NCBI GenBank assembly: GCA_039028615.1 | Contig: JBCCHT010000008.1 | Location: 1-64,000 of the forward strand | Direction of reading: 5' to 3' | Source of the DNA: Myxococcota bacterium | GTDB taxonomy: Bacteria > Myxococcota_A > Polyangia > Nannocystales > Nannocystaceae | Length of the DNA: 64,000 bases | In this document: in pieces, positions 1 to 9,650 of the stretch | How the letters are laid out: every line of letters begins with the position of its first letter | Numbering within the stretch: position 1 is the stretch's first letter | Position numbers and translations under genes: made by a program | The notes under the pieces: generated by a model | What the model was told of the DNA's origin: nothing | What the model saw: the letters and a program-made list of their open reading frames with translations, nothing else | The model's database searches: none

Positions 1-660
1 CCGCCGCGTCTTCTCCCGTTCGTACGGTTGTGACGGGTTGCTTGGTCGGGGGCTGGCTTGATTGCTTGGGCTTGGTGGGTGTTCGAACGGGTGTTGGTAG
101 ATTGCTTGGTCGGGGGCTGGCTTGCTTTGCGGGGGCTTGGCGAGGGGTCGAACGGGCGGCTCGCCTGTTGACGGCTGGAACCCTCCCCTCCATCCTACGC
201 GGCTTCGCTTCAGCCCTCCCCGCCACGCTTTCTCCCGTACGTGCGGTTGTCATGGGTTGCTTGTTCGGGGGCGGACTTGCTTCGCGTGGGCTTGGCAAAT
301 GTTCGAACGGGCGGCTCGCCTGTTGACGGCTGGAACCCTCCCCGGACGTGCTCGGCGGCCGTTGCAACTGGGTGTTTCGCGGCGGCTGTCGGCGGCCGCC
401 TCCGCGCGACCGGGCCCCCTCCATCCTACGCGGCTTCGCTTCAGCCCTCCCCGCCGCGTCTTCTCCCGTTCGGACGGTTGTGACGGGTTGCTTGTTCGGG
501 GGCTGACTTGCTTCGCGTGGGCTTGGGTAGGGTTCCGGGCCCCCTCCATCCTACGTGGCTTCGCTTCAGCCCTTCCCGTGACGTCTTCTCCCGAGGGGGT
601 GATTGTGGCGCACTGGTGGTTCTCGGTCTGACTTGCTTTGCGTCGGCTTGGTTGATGTTC
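1..660 (+). repeat. Cluster of modular REP/BIME-like intergenic repeats (left cluster, truncated by window edge)
   Basis: 37-bp core CCCCTCCATCCTACGCGGCTTCGCTTCAGCCCTCCCC at 185-221, 416-452 and (variant) 541-577; module CGAACGGGCGGCTCGCCTGTTGACGGCTGGAACCCTCCCC at ~149-188 and ~304-343; module beginning GCCGCGTCTTCTCCCG at ~3, ~222 (variant) and ~453. Confidence 0.9.
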
Positions 661-1088
661 GAGCGATCGTGCCGTGCTGGTGTGGAGGGGAGCGCGAGTG
701 GGGCGGCTTTTTATTTCGATCGTGGCTAGGGTTGGGTGCTCTCCCCTTCATCATCACCTGTGCGCGTGCACGTGCGGTGTTGGGTGGAGGGAAGTGGATT
801 TTGTTTGCGGTGCGGTCTGCCTGGCTGCTTCGGCGGCGTCCTCGTCCGTGCGCAAGAACGGGCGGTGCGGAGGGAGGCGGACTTACGTTTGCTCAGTGGT
901 TCGGCCTGAGTGTCTTCGCAACGTCCTCATCCGTGCGCACGAATGTGCGGCGGTTGTGAAGACGGGAGGCCTGGAGGTGCTCTGTGTTTCTCGCGGGGCT
1001 TCACCTTGGTGTGCCCGCGGGATCATCGTCTGGGCGTTCGATTTGGCGGTGGGGAGACTTCGGTAGGGGGTGGGTGGTATAGCGGTGC

Positions 1089-2144
1089 ATGCCTATTTGT
1101 TCGTTGTCGAGGGGTGGGGTGCTCGTTGTTGTTGGGCTGAGTCTTGGGTGTGGCGATGATGGAGGGGGTTCGGGTGATGTGGAGGCGGGGTCGAGTAGCG
1201 GGGGGAGTGTCGAGGCGACGGGGTCTTCGACGGGGGGAGCAACGGAAGGGGTGGATGAATCTACGGGGACGGGAGCGGTGGATTCGACGAGCGAGGGGGG
1301 TGAGTCGAGCGGGTCAGGTGTCGAGGGAGAGGTGGTTCGGATCGCGACGCTGAATATCCGGTTCGGAGGGGCTGGGGGCGGCGGAGCCCCGGCGATGGCG
1401 GAGGTGATCGAGGCGTCCGGGGCGGATATCGTTGGTTTGCAGGAGTCATTTGGGGCAGCGCCGGGGATTGCAGAAGAATTGGGGTGGAATAGTGCGGGGC
1501 TCGGTGATCTGGCGTGGGTGACTCACCTTCCGATCGTGAGCGAGGGGGACGATGCGGTGACGATCGAGGTCTGTCCGGGGCACGAGGTCGTCGTGGGCAA
1601 CGTGCATCTCGCTCCGTTCCCCTATGGCCCCTACGACCTGCGCGACGACCCGTCGCTGACCGAAGAAGAACTGATCGAGACGGCCACCGATGCGCGTGCG
1701 GGGCAGACGGCGAACGCGATCGCCAGCCTGGCCGATGGGCTCGCTGCGGGTGAGCCCGTATTCCTGGTCGGCGACTTCAACGAGCCTTCGCACCTGGACT
1801 GGACCCAAGCGGCCGCCGATGCGGGCCATCACCTGGGCCGAGCCGTGGCCTGGCCGTCATCGCAGATCGTCGAAGTCCAAGGCTTCACCGACACCTACCG
1901 CGCCCTCGTGCCCGATGAGGTCGCAAACCTCGGTGACACCTGGACCCCCGATCCCTCGCGCGACGAGGTTCACGATCGCATCGACTTCCTCTACCACGCG
2001 GGTACCAACGTCGAGCCGATCGAGGTGGCCATCGTCGGGGAGAGCCGCGAGTTCGCAGACATCATCGTCAATCCGTACCCCACCGACCATCGCTCCGTGG
2101 TTGCTAGCTATCGATTGGGCGGGGTGGTCTGTGATGGGAAATAG
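1089..2144 (+). CDS. Endonuclease/exonuclease/phosphatase (EEP) family lipoprotein
   Basis: LSLGC lipobox, Ser/Gly/Thr linker, then EEP motifs IATLNI, DIVGLQE, GNVHL, LVGDFNE, DRIDF, TDH. Confidence 0.85.
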   Translation: MPICSLSRGGVLVVVGLSLGCGDDGGGSGDVEAGSSSGGSVEATGSSTGGATEGVDESTGTGAVDSTSEGGESSGSGVEGEVVRIATLNIRFGGAGGGGAPAMAEVIEASGADIVGLQESFGAAPGIAEELGWNSAGLGDLAWVTHLPIVSEGDDAVTIEVCPGHEVVVGNVHLAPFPYGPYDLRDDPSLTEEELIETATDARAGQTANAIASLADGLAAGEPVFLVGDFNEPSHLDWTQAAADAGHHLGRAVAWPSSQIVEVQGFTDTYRALVPDEVANLGDTWTPDPSRDEVHDRIDFLYHAGTNVEPIEVAIVGESREFADIIVNPYPTDHRSVVASYRLGGVVCDGK

Positions 2145-2180
2145 CGACTTGGTGTGGAGCGGCGTCCTTGGAGAGACATT

Positions 2181-2742
2181 CGCCAAGCCCCCGCGAAGCA
2201 AGTCAGCCCCCGAACAAGCAGCCCGTCACAACCGTACGCACGGGAGAAGACGCCCCGGGGAGGGCTAAAGCGAAGCCGCGTAGGATGGAGGGGGCCCGGT
2301 CGCGCGGAGGCGGCCGCCACCAGCCGTCGCGAAACACCCAGTTGCTACGGCCGCCGAGCACGTCCGGGGAGGGTTCCAGCCGTCAACAGGCGAGCCGCCC
2401 GTTCGAACACTCGCCAAGCCCCCGCAAAGCAAGCCAGCCCCCGACCAAGCGGCCACTCCGTCTCAAACATTCGCCAACCAACGCGAAACAACTCTGCCCC
2501 CGCCGAAGCAGAGCCACGCAATCGCCCGCCCGGAAGACCCAGCCCCGGGGAGGGCTGAAGCGAAGCCGCGTAGGATGGAGGGGGCCCGGTCGCGCGGAGG
2601 CGGCCGCCGACTGCCTTCGCGAAACACCCAGTTGCTACGGCCGCCGAGCACGTCCGGGGAGGGTTCCAGCCGTCAACAGGCGAGCCGCCCGTTCGACCCC
2701 TCGCCAAGCCCCCGCAAAGCAAGCCAGCCCCCGACCAAGCAA
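2181..2742 (-). repeat. Second cluster of the same modular repeat, inverted
   Basis: Reverse complement of the 37-bp core at 2257-2293 and 2547-2583 (290-bp period), each with reverse complements of the flanking modules seen at 301-530. Confidence 0.9.
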
Positions 2743-2885
2743 TCCACCACACCCGCTCGACCACTCACCACAAGCCAAACCGCCCCAACACACCCCCCGT
2801 CCGCCACCCACAAGCACCCCGCCCCCCCTGAACCTGAATGACTCCCTCCCCCTCCGGTGACTCCCAAAGAGGAACCGGAGACCCT

Positions 2886-3539
2886 ATGAGTATCGCCCGC
2901 TCCCTCTCACCCCTCCCTATCACCCTATCCCTCATCCTCGCCCCCACCGGCTGCGACCCCCCCGAACCAGACTTCGAGGAACAGCAGCAGTTCCAATCCA
3001 ACCGAACCACCACCGGCCACTCCGAAAACTTCTGCCTACGCTGGCAAGGCGAGACCATCCGCATCTATCCGATGGGCTTCGGCACCGCCATCCGCTCCGC
3101 CGAAGTCGAAATCGAAGACAGCCACGTCGAGCTCGTCGTCCACGACGAACAATACGAAAACCCAACCTCGGAGAACGACTGGCTCCTCGCCTACGACTGG
3201 ACCGTCTCCTGCGACTATGTCGGCGGCCGCCTCGACGTCCGCCTACAAAACGACAGCTCCAAGGAGTGGATGATCGTCGACTCCGAGTCGAGGATCGGCA
3301 GCACCTCGAACGCCAACAGCCCCTATACCCACTTCACGATGCAGCCCAGGCCCGGCGGCCAAGACCTGTACTCGCTCGCGGGCTGGAGCCGAACCACGAA
3401 CGGGCAATGGGACCCGGTGACGGCCTATCCCATCGGAGGCCCGCTGCGCCGCGGAGACCTGCACGCGCGGTCGCCCGGAGCCGGCTGCGGCACGACCTAC
3501 GCCGTGCGACTCGCTCCACCCGCCCCGTCGATGGAGTAG
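2886..3539 (+). CDS. Hypothetical lipoprotein
   Basis: GGAG upstream of ATG 2886; hydrophobic signal ending APTGC; ordered-looking domain with no recognised family. Confidence 0.7.
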   Translation: MSIARSLSPLPITLSLILAPTGCDPPEPDFEEQQQFQSNRTTTGHSENFCLRWQGETIRIYPMGFGTAIRSAEVEIEDSHVELVVHDEQYENPTSENDWLLAYDWTVSCDYVGGRLDVRLQNDSSKEWMIVDSESRIGSTSNANSPYTHFTMQPRPGGQDLYSLAGWSRTTNGQWDPVTAYPIGGPLRRGDLHARSPGAGCGTTYAVRLAPPAPSME

Positions 3540-3549
3540 CCCCGCGGGG

Positions 3550-3771
3550 TCATTCGAAGTCGATGTCGGAGCCCGGCCCCATGATGCGGCCGAGCACCTT
3601 GAGGCTCAGCGAGCCGAGCAAGCCCGTGCCACCGAGGAGCACGAGCTCGGGATGGGCGTGGATGTCCGGGTCGAGAGCAAAGAGCACGAGACAAATCGCG
3701 CCCATGGCAAAGAACACCCACTTGAGACCAGTCAGGATCCCGGTTTCGTGATCGAGGCGGTCGGCGTCCAT
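3550..3771 (-). CDS. Small two-TM hypothetical protein (73 aa)
   Basis: 3' part of ORF 3550-4257 from ATG 3771 (MDADRLDHETG...), two hydrophobic segments. Confidence 0.5.
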   Translation of the reverse strand: MDADRLDHETGILTGLKWVFFAMGAICLVLFALDPDIHAHPELVLLGGTGLLGSLSLKVLGRIMGPGSDIDFE

Positions 3772-3842
3772 CCGGGGTCGAGCATGCCCGCCCGCTGCCC
3801 CGACGGCAACCGATTCCGGCCTAGAGGTCCTCTGAACGCGCT

Positions 3843-4235
3843 CTATGACAGCCAGGGCAAGCAGAAGATCGCCATGGTGCACAAAAAGCCGACGCCCCAG
3901 ATGGCGGAGCGCAGGTAGTCGAGGTTGGCGAGGTAGGCGGCGACGTACAGGGTTCGCGCGACGATGAAGGCGACGCAGAGGATGGCGGCGCGATGGTCGT
4001 TGGCACCGCTGAGGTGGGCGACGAAGACGGCCGCGGCGAAACCCATGAAGGCCTCGAACCCGTTGTAGTGCGCGCCCCGAGCTCGGGCGGCCCACCCCTC
4101 GAGACGCTCCTGCTGCGCGCGTGGATTCGAGTTGTCGTAGCCCCCGGGCTGCCGCGCCATGCCGACGGACAGAGGCAGCTTGGGCAAGTACACGAGCAGG
4201 AAAGCGAGTAGCACGCAGAGGAAGGGCGTCGTCAT
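3843..4235 (-). CDS. MAPEG family membrane protein
   Basis: YDNSNPR, RARGAHYNGFEAF and RSAIW motifs; four hydrophobic helices. Confidence 0.85.
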   Translation of the reverse strand: MTTPFLCVLLAFLLVYLPKLPLSVGMARQPGGYDNSNPRAQQERLEGWAARARGAHYNGFEAFMGFAAAVFVAHLSGANDHRAAILCVAFIVARTLYVAAYLANLDYLRSAIWGVGFLCTMAIFCLPWLS

Positions 4236-4259
4236 CGCGCGGGCGAGAATACGCCACGA

Positions 4260-4290
4260 GGACGGTCCTCCGCTGGGGGAGGAGCCGTCC
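4260..4290. terminator. Stem-loop downstream of the protease gene
   Basis: GGACGGTCCTCC-loop-GGAGGAGCCGTCC imperfect inverted repeat; no clear U tract. Confidence 0.45.
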
Positions 4291-4316
4291 TCGGGTGTGA
4301 GTCGCGACAGGACGAC

Positions 4317-5645
4317 CTAGGGGGTCGACAGCAGCAGCTCGTACTCGCCCGATCCGCCGTAGCTATTGACGCGCCACGCGTAGTAGCCGGCCGCCCCCTC
4401 GTAGTCGATCTCCTCGTCGGAGGTGTAGGTCAACGACGAGGCCACGGTGTCCCAGCCGTTGCCGTTCCACTTCCACAGGCGGAGGTCGAAATCGGCGCCG
4501 GCCGGACCGGTGAGGAAGGCCTGATGGCGACCGGCTCCCGCCTGGTAGTAGGTGCCGTCGGGCTGGAACTCGACTGCGCCCGATCCGCCCAGGTTGCCGA
4601 TGTAGGAGTCGCAGCTGGGGCAGACCCCGGGCGGCTCACCACCGCCACCATCGCCACCGCCGCCGTCGCCTCCGCCCGCACCACCACCGTCGTCGGCATA
4701 CGGGTCACCGCAGGCGGCGCTGTAGCCCGTGGCCGAACCGCCGCCGCACCCGTTGGACCAATTGCCGTTGCCCTCGAACGGGGTGATGGGGAAGCTGCCG
4801 CAGTCGGGACCGGGGTTCCAGGTGCCGTTGGCGTCGTGGCACGGGGTGAGATCGTAGCCGGACTGCGACTCGAACCACTCGACGCCGCGGTGCATCATCG
4901 AGTAGTAGCCGCCGCCGCCACAGGCACCGCCGTACGAGGTGATGCCGAAGACGCGCCACGAGCCGTCGTCGGCCTGCACGAAGACGGGGCCGCCCGAGTC
5001 GCCCTGGCAGCTGTCCTTGCCGCCGCCACCGATATGCGCCTCGCCGGAGGCGGTGACACCGTTGAGCTGGGTGGTGACCTCCCGCTTCACGCCGTAGGGG
5101 CCGGTGTCCGCGTTGCCGAACCCGACCACGGTGACCGAGCGCCCGGGGGTGAGGTACTGGTCGACCTCGCAGCCCATGAGCATGGGAACCAGTGGCACAT
5201 CGGTCACCGGCTCGGAGAGCACGCAATACGCGAAGTCGTCTCCGTCTCCCGGACCTCCACCGGGGAATGTGCGGCAGGTGTCGGTGCCGACGATGCGCGA
5301 TGGGCCATAGACCGACTCACCGAATCGCACCGAGTTGTAGCTCGACCCACAGTGTGCGGCATAGAGCACGACCCGCTCGTGGATGAGTGTGCCAGTGCAT
5401 GAACCGCCCAATGAGACTGTGGTCGGCCAACCACATGCGGCAACATCAGTGCCGCCGTAAATCTCGGAGGTGGGCAGGTCGCCGCCCTCGTCGGGCAGGG
5501 CATCGGGCTCGTCCCCGTCCTGGATGCCATCCCACAGATCACCGTCTCGGCCATCGATATCGCCAATACACGCGGTCGCGAAGCCCGCGAGGAGGAGGAA
5601 CGAGAGTCGGGTCGTGGTGGTGTTCGAATTGTTGCTACTCGTCAT
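4317..5645 (-). CDS. Trypsin-like (S1) serine protease lipoprotein with C-terminal PPC-like domain
   Basis: FATAC lipobox; IYGG activation site, AAHC, DFAY, GDSGGP; Gly linker then ADFDLRLWKWNG PPC-type domain. Confidence 0.9.
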   Translation of the reverse strand: MTSSNNSNTTTTRLSFLLLAGFATACIGDIDGRDGDLWDGIQDGDEPDALPDEGGDLPTSEIYGGTDVAACGWPTTVSLGGSCTGTLIHERVVLYAAHCGSSYNSVRFGESVYGPSRIVGTDTCRTFPGGGPGDGDDFAYCVLSEPVTDVPLVPMLMGCEVDQYLTPGRSVTVVGFGNADTGPYGVKREVTTQLNGVTASGEAHIGGGGKDSCQGDSGGPVFVQADDGSWRVFGITSYGGACGGGGYYSMMHRGVEWFESQSGYDLTPCHDANGTWNPGPDCGSFPITPFEGNGNWSNGCGGGSATGYSAACGDPYADDGGGAGGGDGGGGDGGGGEPPGVCPSCDSYIGNLGGSGAVEFQPDGTYYQAGAGRHQAFLTGPAGADFDLRLWKWNGNGWDTVASSLTYTSDEEIDYEGAAGYYAWRVNSYGGSGEYELLLSTP

Positions 5646-6253
5646 TGTCCGTCATCCCTTGTCGTCCTGGTCCTGGGGGTGGCCAGCCCCACTCCGCCAT
5701 GTGGGCAAGCCGCTCCCAGCTCGAAACATAGACAAGCGTTCGGACTATGGGAGACCTCTCCAAGGGCGATAATGAGGACAAACACGCCACCTTGAAGCAC
5801 ATATGCCTACAAGTGATCAGATGTCGTTTTGTGCTAACAGTGCGGACCTAGCTGTAACGAGTGAGTCGACGCTCGCTCCCTCGACGAAACTTTGAGCAAT
5901 TTGCGTACAACGATGCTCGCGAAGCATTTTTTCGAAGTTTTTTAGTTCGCCCGTTGCCAAAGTGCCCACTAACACGCGTTTCTCAGCATTTTGGTTGTTC
6001 GGGAAAAGAGCGTCACGCGACGATCGGGATCCGCGCACTCCAGAGGGCCTCGAGCGCGTCGGCGCAGCGGTTGACAACGGGCTCGCGATCACATCGAAAA
6101 CACAACGACCGTAGGCGGGGTTTCCGGCCGGCACGGTCAGCTACAACCCGTCGAAATCAGGACCATTTTGGTTTCTTTGAATCGCGCACTCCGCGGTTGG
6201 GTCGAAGCATCGAAGCGCACCCCTCCCAGTGCTAGCGTGCCCGAGAACCCGAG

Positions 6254-7915
6254 ATGCATCGCCCCTACCGTCTGTTGGTCCTCTCCGCACTGTCACTGAG
6301 CCTCGGCTTGGGTGCAGCCTGCAAACGAACTCAAAACTCGTCCGAGACCGCGCCGGGAGGCAGTACGGGTGAGGGTGTCTCGGAACCGGAAAAGCCCCGT
6401 CGAAAGCGACGCAAGGCGGGCATGCCCCGGCCGCTCCGGTTGCCCGCGAACGCGCCGATCATCGTGCACATCCAGCAGCCGGCCCAGATGATGGCCACGC
6501 TGGAGGCCTACGCGCCCGATCTGCCGCGCGGGCGTGCCCTCCTTCAACAGGCCATCAGCCAGGGCAACGGTCAGCCCATCGACGAGGCGCTCGCGACGGC
6601 GGTGAACATGCGCAAGCCGTGGGACATGGCGAGCGTGGACGGGCAGCTCATCGTGCAGGTGCCTCTGCTGCCCGGAAAGGTGCAGTCGGTCGCGGCCGCG
6701 TTGGCGGACAAGCCTCCGGTCGGTCGCTTTGGTGCGGTCGATCTACAGCGGGGCGCAGCCCCGGGCCCCAAGCTGGCGTGGCTCGACCGGGATTCGGCGA
6801 CGCTGACGTTGGCGGACACCGAGCGCGGCCTGGCCACGGGCAGCAAGCTGGCCTCCGCGTACGGCAAGCAGCCGCTGCGCGTGGAGATCGAGGCCACCGA
6901 GGCCCAGCGGTTGATGCCGCAGCTCCAGATGAAGCTGGAGAGCGTCGAGATTCGCGGCGCGGGTGCCCATGACTTCGAGGCCGTCCTCGAAGGCGTGCCC
7001 AGCGAGGCCTTCGCCCAGATCGAGAAGCTCGAGTCGGGGTCGCTCACCGGCCTGCTCGAGTCCTCGCAGATCGCGGTGGGGGCGAGCTCGAAGTACACGG
7101 ACCACGCCAAGGACGTGAAGAACATCCTGGCCGACGCCAAGCGCACGGTCGATCGCCAGAACTTCCTCGTCCGCGACACCCTCGAAGGCCTCCGCAAGCG
7201 CCTGGGCACCACGCTCCGCAGCTGGAACGGCCGCGTGATGGTGGGGGTGGCCCCCGGCAAGACCGTGCTGGTGGGCTTTGGTGCCGACGATCCCAAGCAC
7301 ATGGGCGGCGCGCTCTATCACCTGCTCACGGGGATCATCGACAACCTCGGTACGGCGCGCAGCCTCGGGATCGAGGTGCCGCGGCTCCGGTTCAAGCGCA
7401 ACGCGGTGCGGGCCGCCGAGCAGAACATCGCCATCCTGGTGCTCGAGCGCGCTCGCAAGTACCTGCCGCCCGAGGCGACGCCGCTCATCGACGATCGCGG
7501 TGAGCTGCGCATCGCCTTTGCCTTCCCCAACCGCACGGGGGCCGGAATGATGGCGTTGGGCCCCGCGAGCGAGTCGGCGATGACGAAGTGGCTCGAGGAC
7601 ACCGCCAAGGCGACGCCGGCCTCGGAGAGCTCGGACCACTACATGGCGGGCACGGTGGCGGTCGACCCCGGTTCGCTGGCTTCGTTGGCCAAGGGGGTCG
7701 ACCTCGGCGCGGTGCTGGGCCTGACCGCCGAGCGAGACCCCACCCGCATCACCCTCACCCGCGATGGCGCCACCGTGCGTGCCACCGTCAAAGGGCCGCC
7801 CGTCGAGGTCAAACCGCGTCGCTTCGGCGCCGGTCGGGGCCAAGGCGGCAGCGCGGCGTCCGGCACCATGAAGCCGGCGCGGAGAGTTCCGTCGAAGGGC
7901 AAGCCGGTGAAGTAG
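6254..7915 (+). CDS. Hypothetical lipoprotein (553 aa)
   Basis: LGAAC lipobox, GC-rich third codon positions, basic N- and C-terminal patches; family not recognised. Confidence 0.75.
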   Translation: MHRPYRLLVLSALSLSLGLGAACKRTQNSSETAPGGSTGEGVSEPEKPRRKRRKAGMPRPLRLPANAPIIVHIQQPAQMMATLEAYAPDLPRGRALLQQAISQGNGQPIDEALATAVNMRKPWDMASVDGQLIVQVPLLPGKVQSVAAALADKPPVGRFGAVDLQRGAAPGPKLAWLDRDSATLTLADTERGLATGSKLASAYGKQPLRVEIEATEAQRLMPQLQMKLESVEIRGAGAHDFEAVLEGVPSEAFAQIEKLESGSLTGLLESSQIAVGASSKYTDHAKDVKNILADAKRTVDRQNFLVRDTLEGLRKRLGTTLRSWNGRVMVGVAPGKTVLVGFGADDPKHMGGALYHLLTGIIDNLGTARSLGIEVPRLRFKRNAVRAAEQNIAILVLERARKYLPPEATPLIDDRGELRIAFAFPNRTGAGMMALGPASESAMTKWLEDTAKATPASESSDHYMAGTVAVDPGSLASLAKGVDLGAVLGLTAERDPTRITLTRDGATVRATVKGPPVEVKPRRFGAGRGQGGSAASGTMKPARRVPSKGKPVK

Positions 7916-7978
7916 TCGCGCGACGCCGATCAAATTTACCCGTAGCGTACCGTCGATGTCGATCGACGACTTCGGGTG

Positions 7979-8016
7979 GAGCCCGCGCCGCCATTGAGTG
8001 ACGCGGGCTCTTTTCT
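7979..8016 (+). terminator. Rho-independent terminator
   Basis: GAGCCCGCG...CGCGGGCTC followed by TTTTCT. Confidence 0.7.
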
Positions 8017-8309
8017 GTCGTGGTCGACGTGATCTTCGCCTCGTGATCCATCATGACCGGTGCGTAGTCGTGTCACTTCGTTGTCGAATCTTCACAAGCA
8101 ATGGATCGGACCGAAGAGAAGCGACACGAACGTTTCTTCGATCATCGCGCCACCATCGGTCGCGCGCCTCGTAAAACCAGTCAACGCTCGATCGGCATAT
8201 CGGGACGCTAGGGTAGGCTCCGACCCCTTCGACAATCTCGAAGGCTCGCCCTACACTGCCGACGATTGGTGGACGGTCGTCGTGCTGGAACGACGCCGCA
8301 TCTCACCAT

Positions 8310-9530
8310 GTGAAAGCGAAGGGATCGATGGGAGCGCTGGCCCGAGGCCTCGAAGGTATCGTATTGACTCAAACCCGACTGTCCATGGTCGACGGTGAAA
8401 TTGGGCGATTGGTCATCGGCGGATTTCCCATCGAGACCCTGGCGCTCGAGGCCAGCTACGAAGAGACGATCTTCTTGCTGTGGCACGACCGGCTGCCCAC
8501 GTCCCGCGAGCTCGAGCAAATGCGGACGGAGCTGGCGGCGGCGGGTCAGCTGCCGGCCGAGACGCTCGCGCTGCTGCGGGCCGCGGCATCGCGTGAAGTC
8601 CATCCCATGGACGCGCTGCGCATGGGCCTGGGTACGCTGGGGCTGCACGACAAAGACGTCAACGCGGTCGAGCTGCAGGCCCAGAGCCCCGAGGCCAACC
8701 GTCGTCGCGCCCTCGCGGTGGTGGGCAGCGTGCCCGCGATCATCGGCGCGTACCACCGCCTGCGCAGCGGCCAAGAGCCGGTCGCACCCGATCCCGAGTC
8801 CTCCCATGCGGCGAACTACCTGCGCATGCTGACCGGGGAGACGCCCTCCCCCGGGCGCGAGCAGGCCCTCAACGCGTACCTCAACACCACCGTCGACCAC
8901 GGCATGAACGCGTCGACCTTCACCGCGCGGGTGATCGCCAGCACGCGCTCGGATGTCGCCTCGGCGGTCATCGGGGCGCTGGGTGCCCTCAAGGGCCCGC
9001 TGCACGGCGGCGCGCCCGGGCCCGCGCTGCAGATGGTCCACGACCTCCAAGCCGAAGCGGCGCGCACGGGCACGCCGCTGGCCGAGCTCGCCGACGCCCA
9101 CGTGCGCAAGGTGGTCGGCGAAGGCGGCCGCATCATGGGCTTCGGGCACCGCGTGTACCGAGTCCGCGATCCTCGGGCCAACGTGCTGGGCCAAGCGCTG
9201 CAGCGGCTGTTCCCCGCCCGCGGCCAAAACCCGCTGTACGACGACGCTCGGGTCGTCGAGCAGGTCGTGCTCCGCGTCCTCGCCGAGCTCAAGCCCCATC
9301 GCCCCCTCGCGACCAATGTCGAGTTCTACACCGCGTTGCTCCTGCAGAGCCTCGATCTCCCGCTGGCCGCATTCACCCCCACCTTCGCGGTCGCCCGTGT
9401 GGGGGGCTGGACGGCCCACGTCCTCGAGCAAGTCGCCGAAGACCGCCTGATCCGTCCGCGAGCCGCCTACGTCGGTCCCATCGAGCGACTGTGGGTGCCC
9501 ATCGAGCGGCGCGGCACCGACCTGGCCTGA
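8310..9530 (+). CDS. Citrate synthase / 2-methylcitrate synthase family
   Basis: GLEG N-terminus, DHGMNASTF, GPLHGGA, IMGFGHRVY..DPR, NVEFY; start may be ATG 8328. Confidence 0.92.
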   Translation: MKAKGSMGALARGLEGIVLTQTRLSMVDGEIGRLVIGGFPIETLALEASYEETIFLLWHDRLPTSRELEQMRTELAAAGQLPAETLALLRAAASREVHPMDALRMGLGTLGLHDKDVNAVELQAQSPEANRRRALAVVGSVPAIIGAYHRLRSGQEPVAPDPESSHAANYLRMLTGETPSPGREQALNAYLNTTVDHGMNASTFTARVIASTRSDVASAVIGALGALKGPLHGGAPGPALQMVHDLQAEAARTGTPLAELADAHVRKVVGEGGRIMGFGHRVYRVRDPRANVLGQALQRLFPARGQNPLYDDARVVEQVVLRVLAELKPHRPLATNVEFYTALLLQSLDLPLAAFTPTFAVARVGGWTAHVLEQVAEDRLIRPRAAYVGPIERLWVPIERRGTDLA

Positions 9531-9650
9531 GCATTCGCCCGGGCACCACCGCTGCACCGGGACGGCTCCCTTTTCGCCGGGGGCAGGCCCGGTGCGCGGT
9601 AGAGCAAACCGTCGATCACCGAGATCGCCAGGAACCAATGTGTTCGGGCG

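Noticed and set aside
30..1066. Short ORFs over the repeat cluster and G/T-rich flank (also 2108-2867)
   Set aside because: They translate repeat DNA in several frames with no coding-like codon pattern or motifs
1..2742. CRISPR array interpretation of the 37-bp core repeat
   Set aside because: Sequences between cores are themselves conserved modules of 88-253 nt rather than unique spacers, copies occur in both orientations, and no cas genes are present
5641..5680. GGACAA next to the protease start as another copy of the ECF promoter
   Set aside because: No CGTGAC element at the required distance upstream
5646..6253. 600-bp AT-richer divergent intergenic region as a possible ncRNA or small-gene locus
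   Set aside because: No recognisable RNA motif, convincing hairpin series or supported ORF; likely promoter DNA
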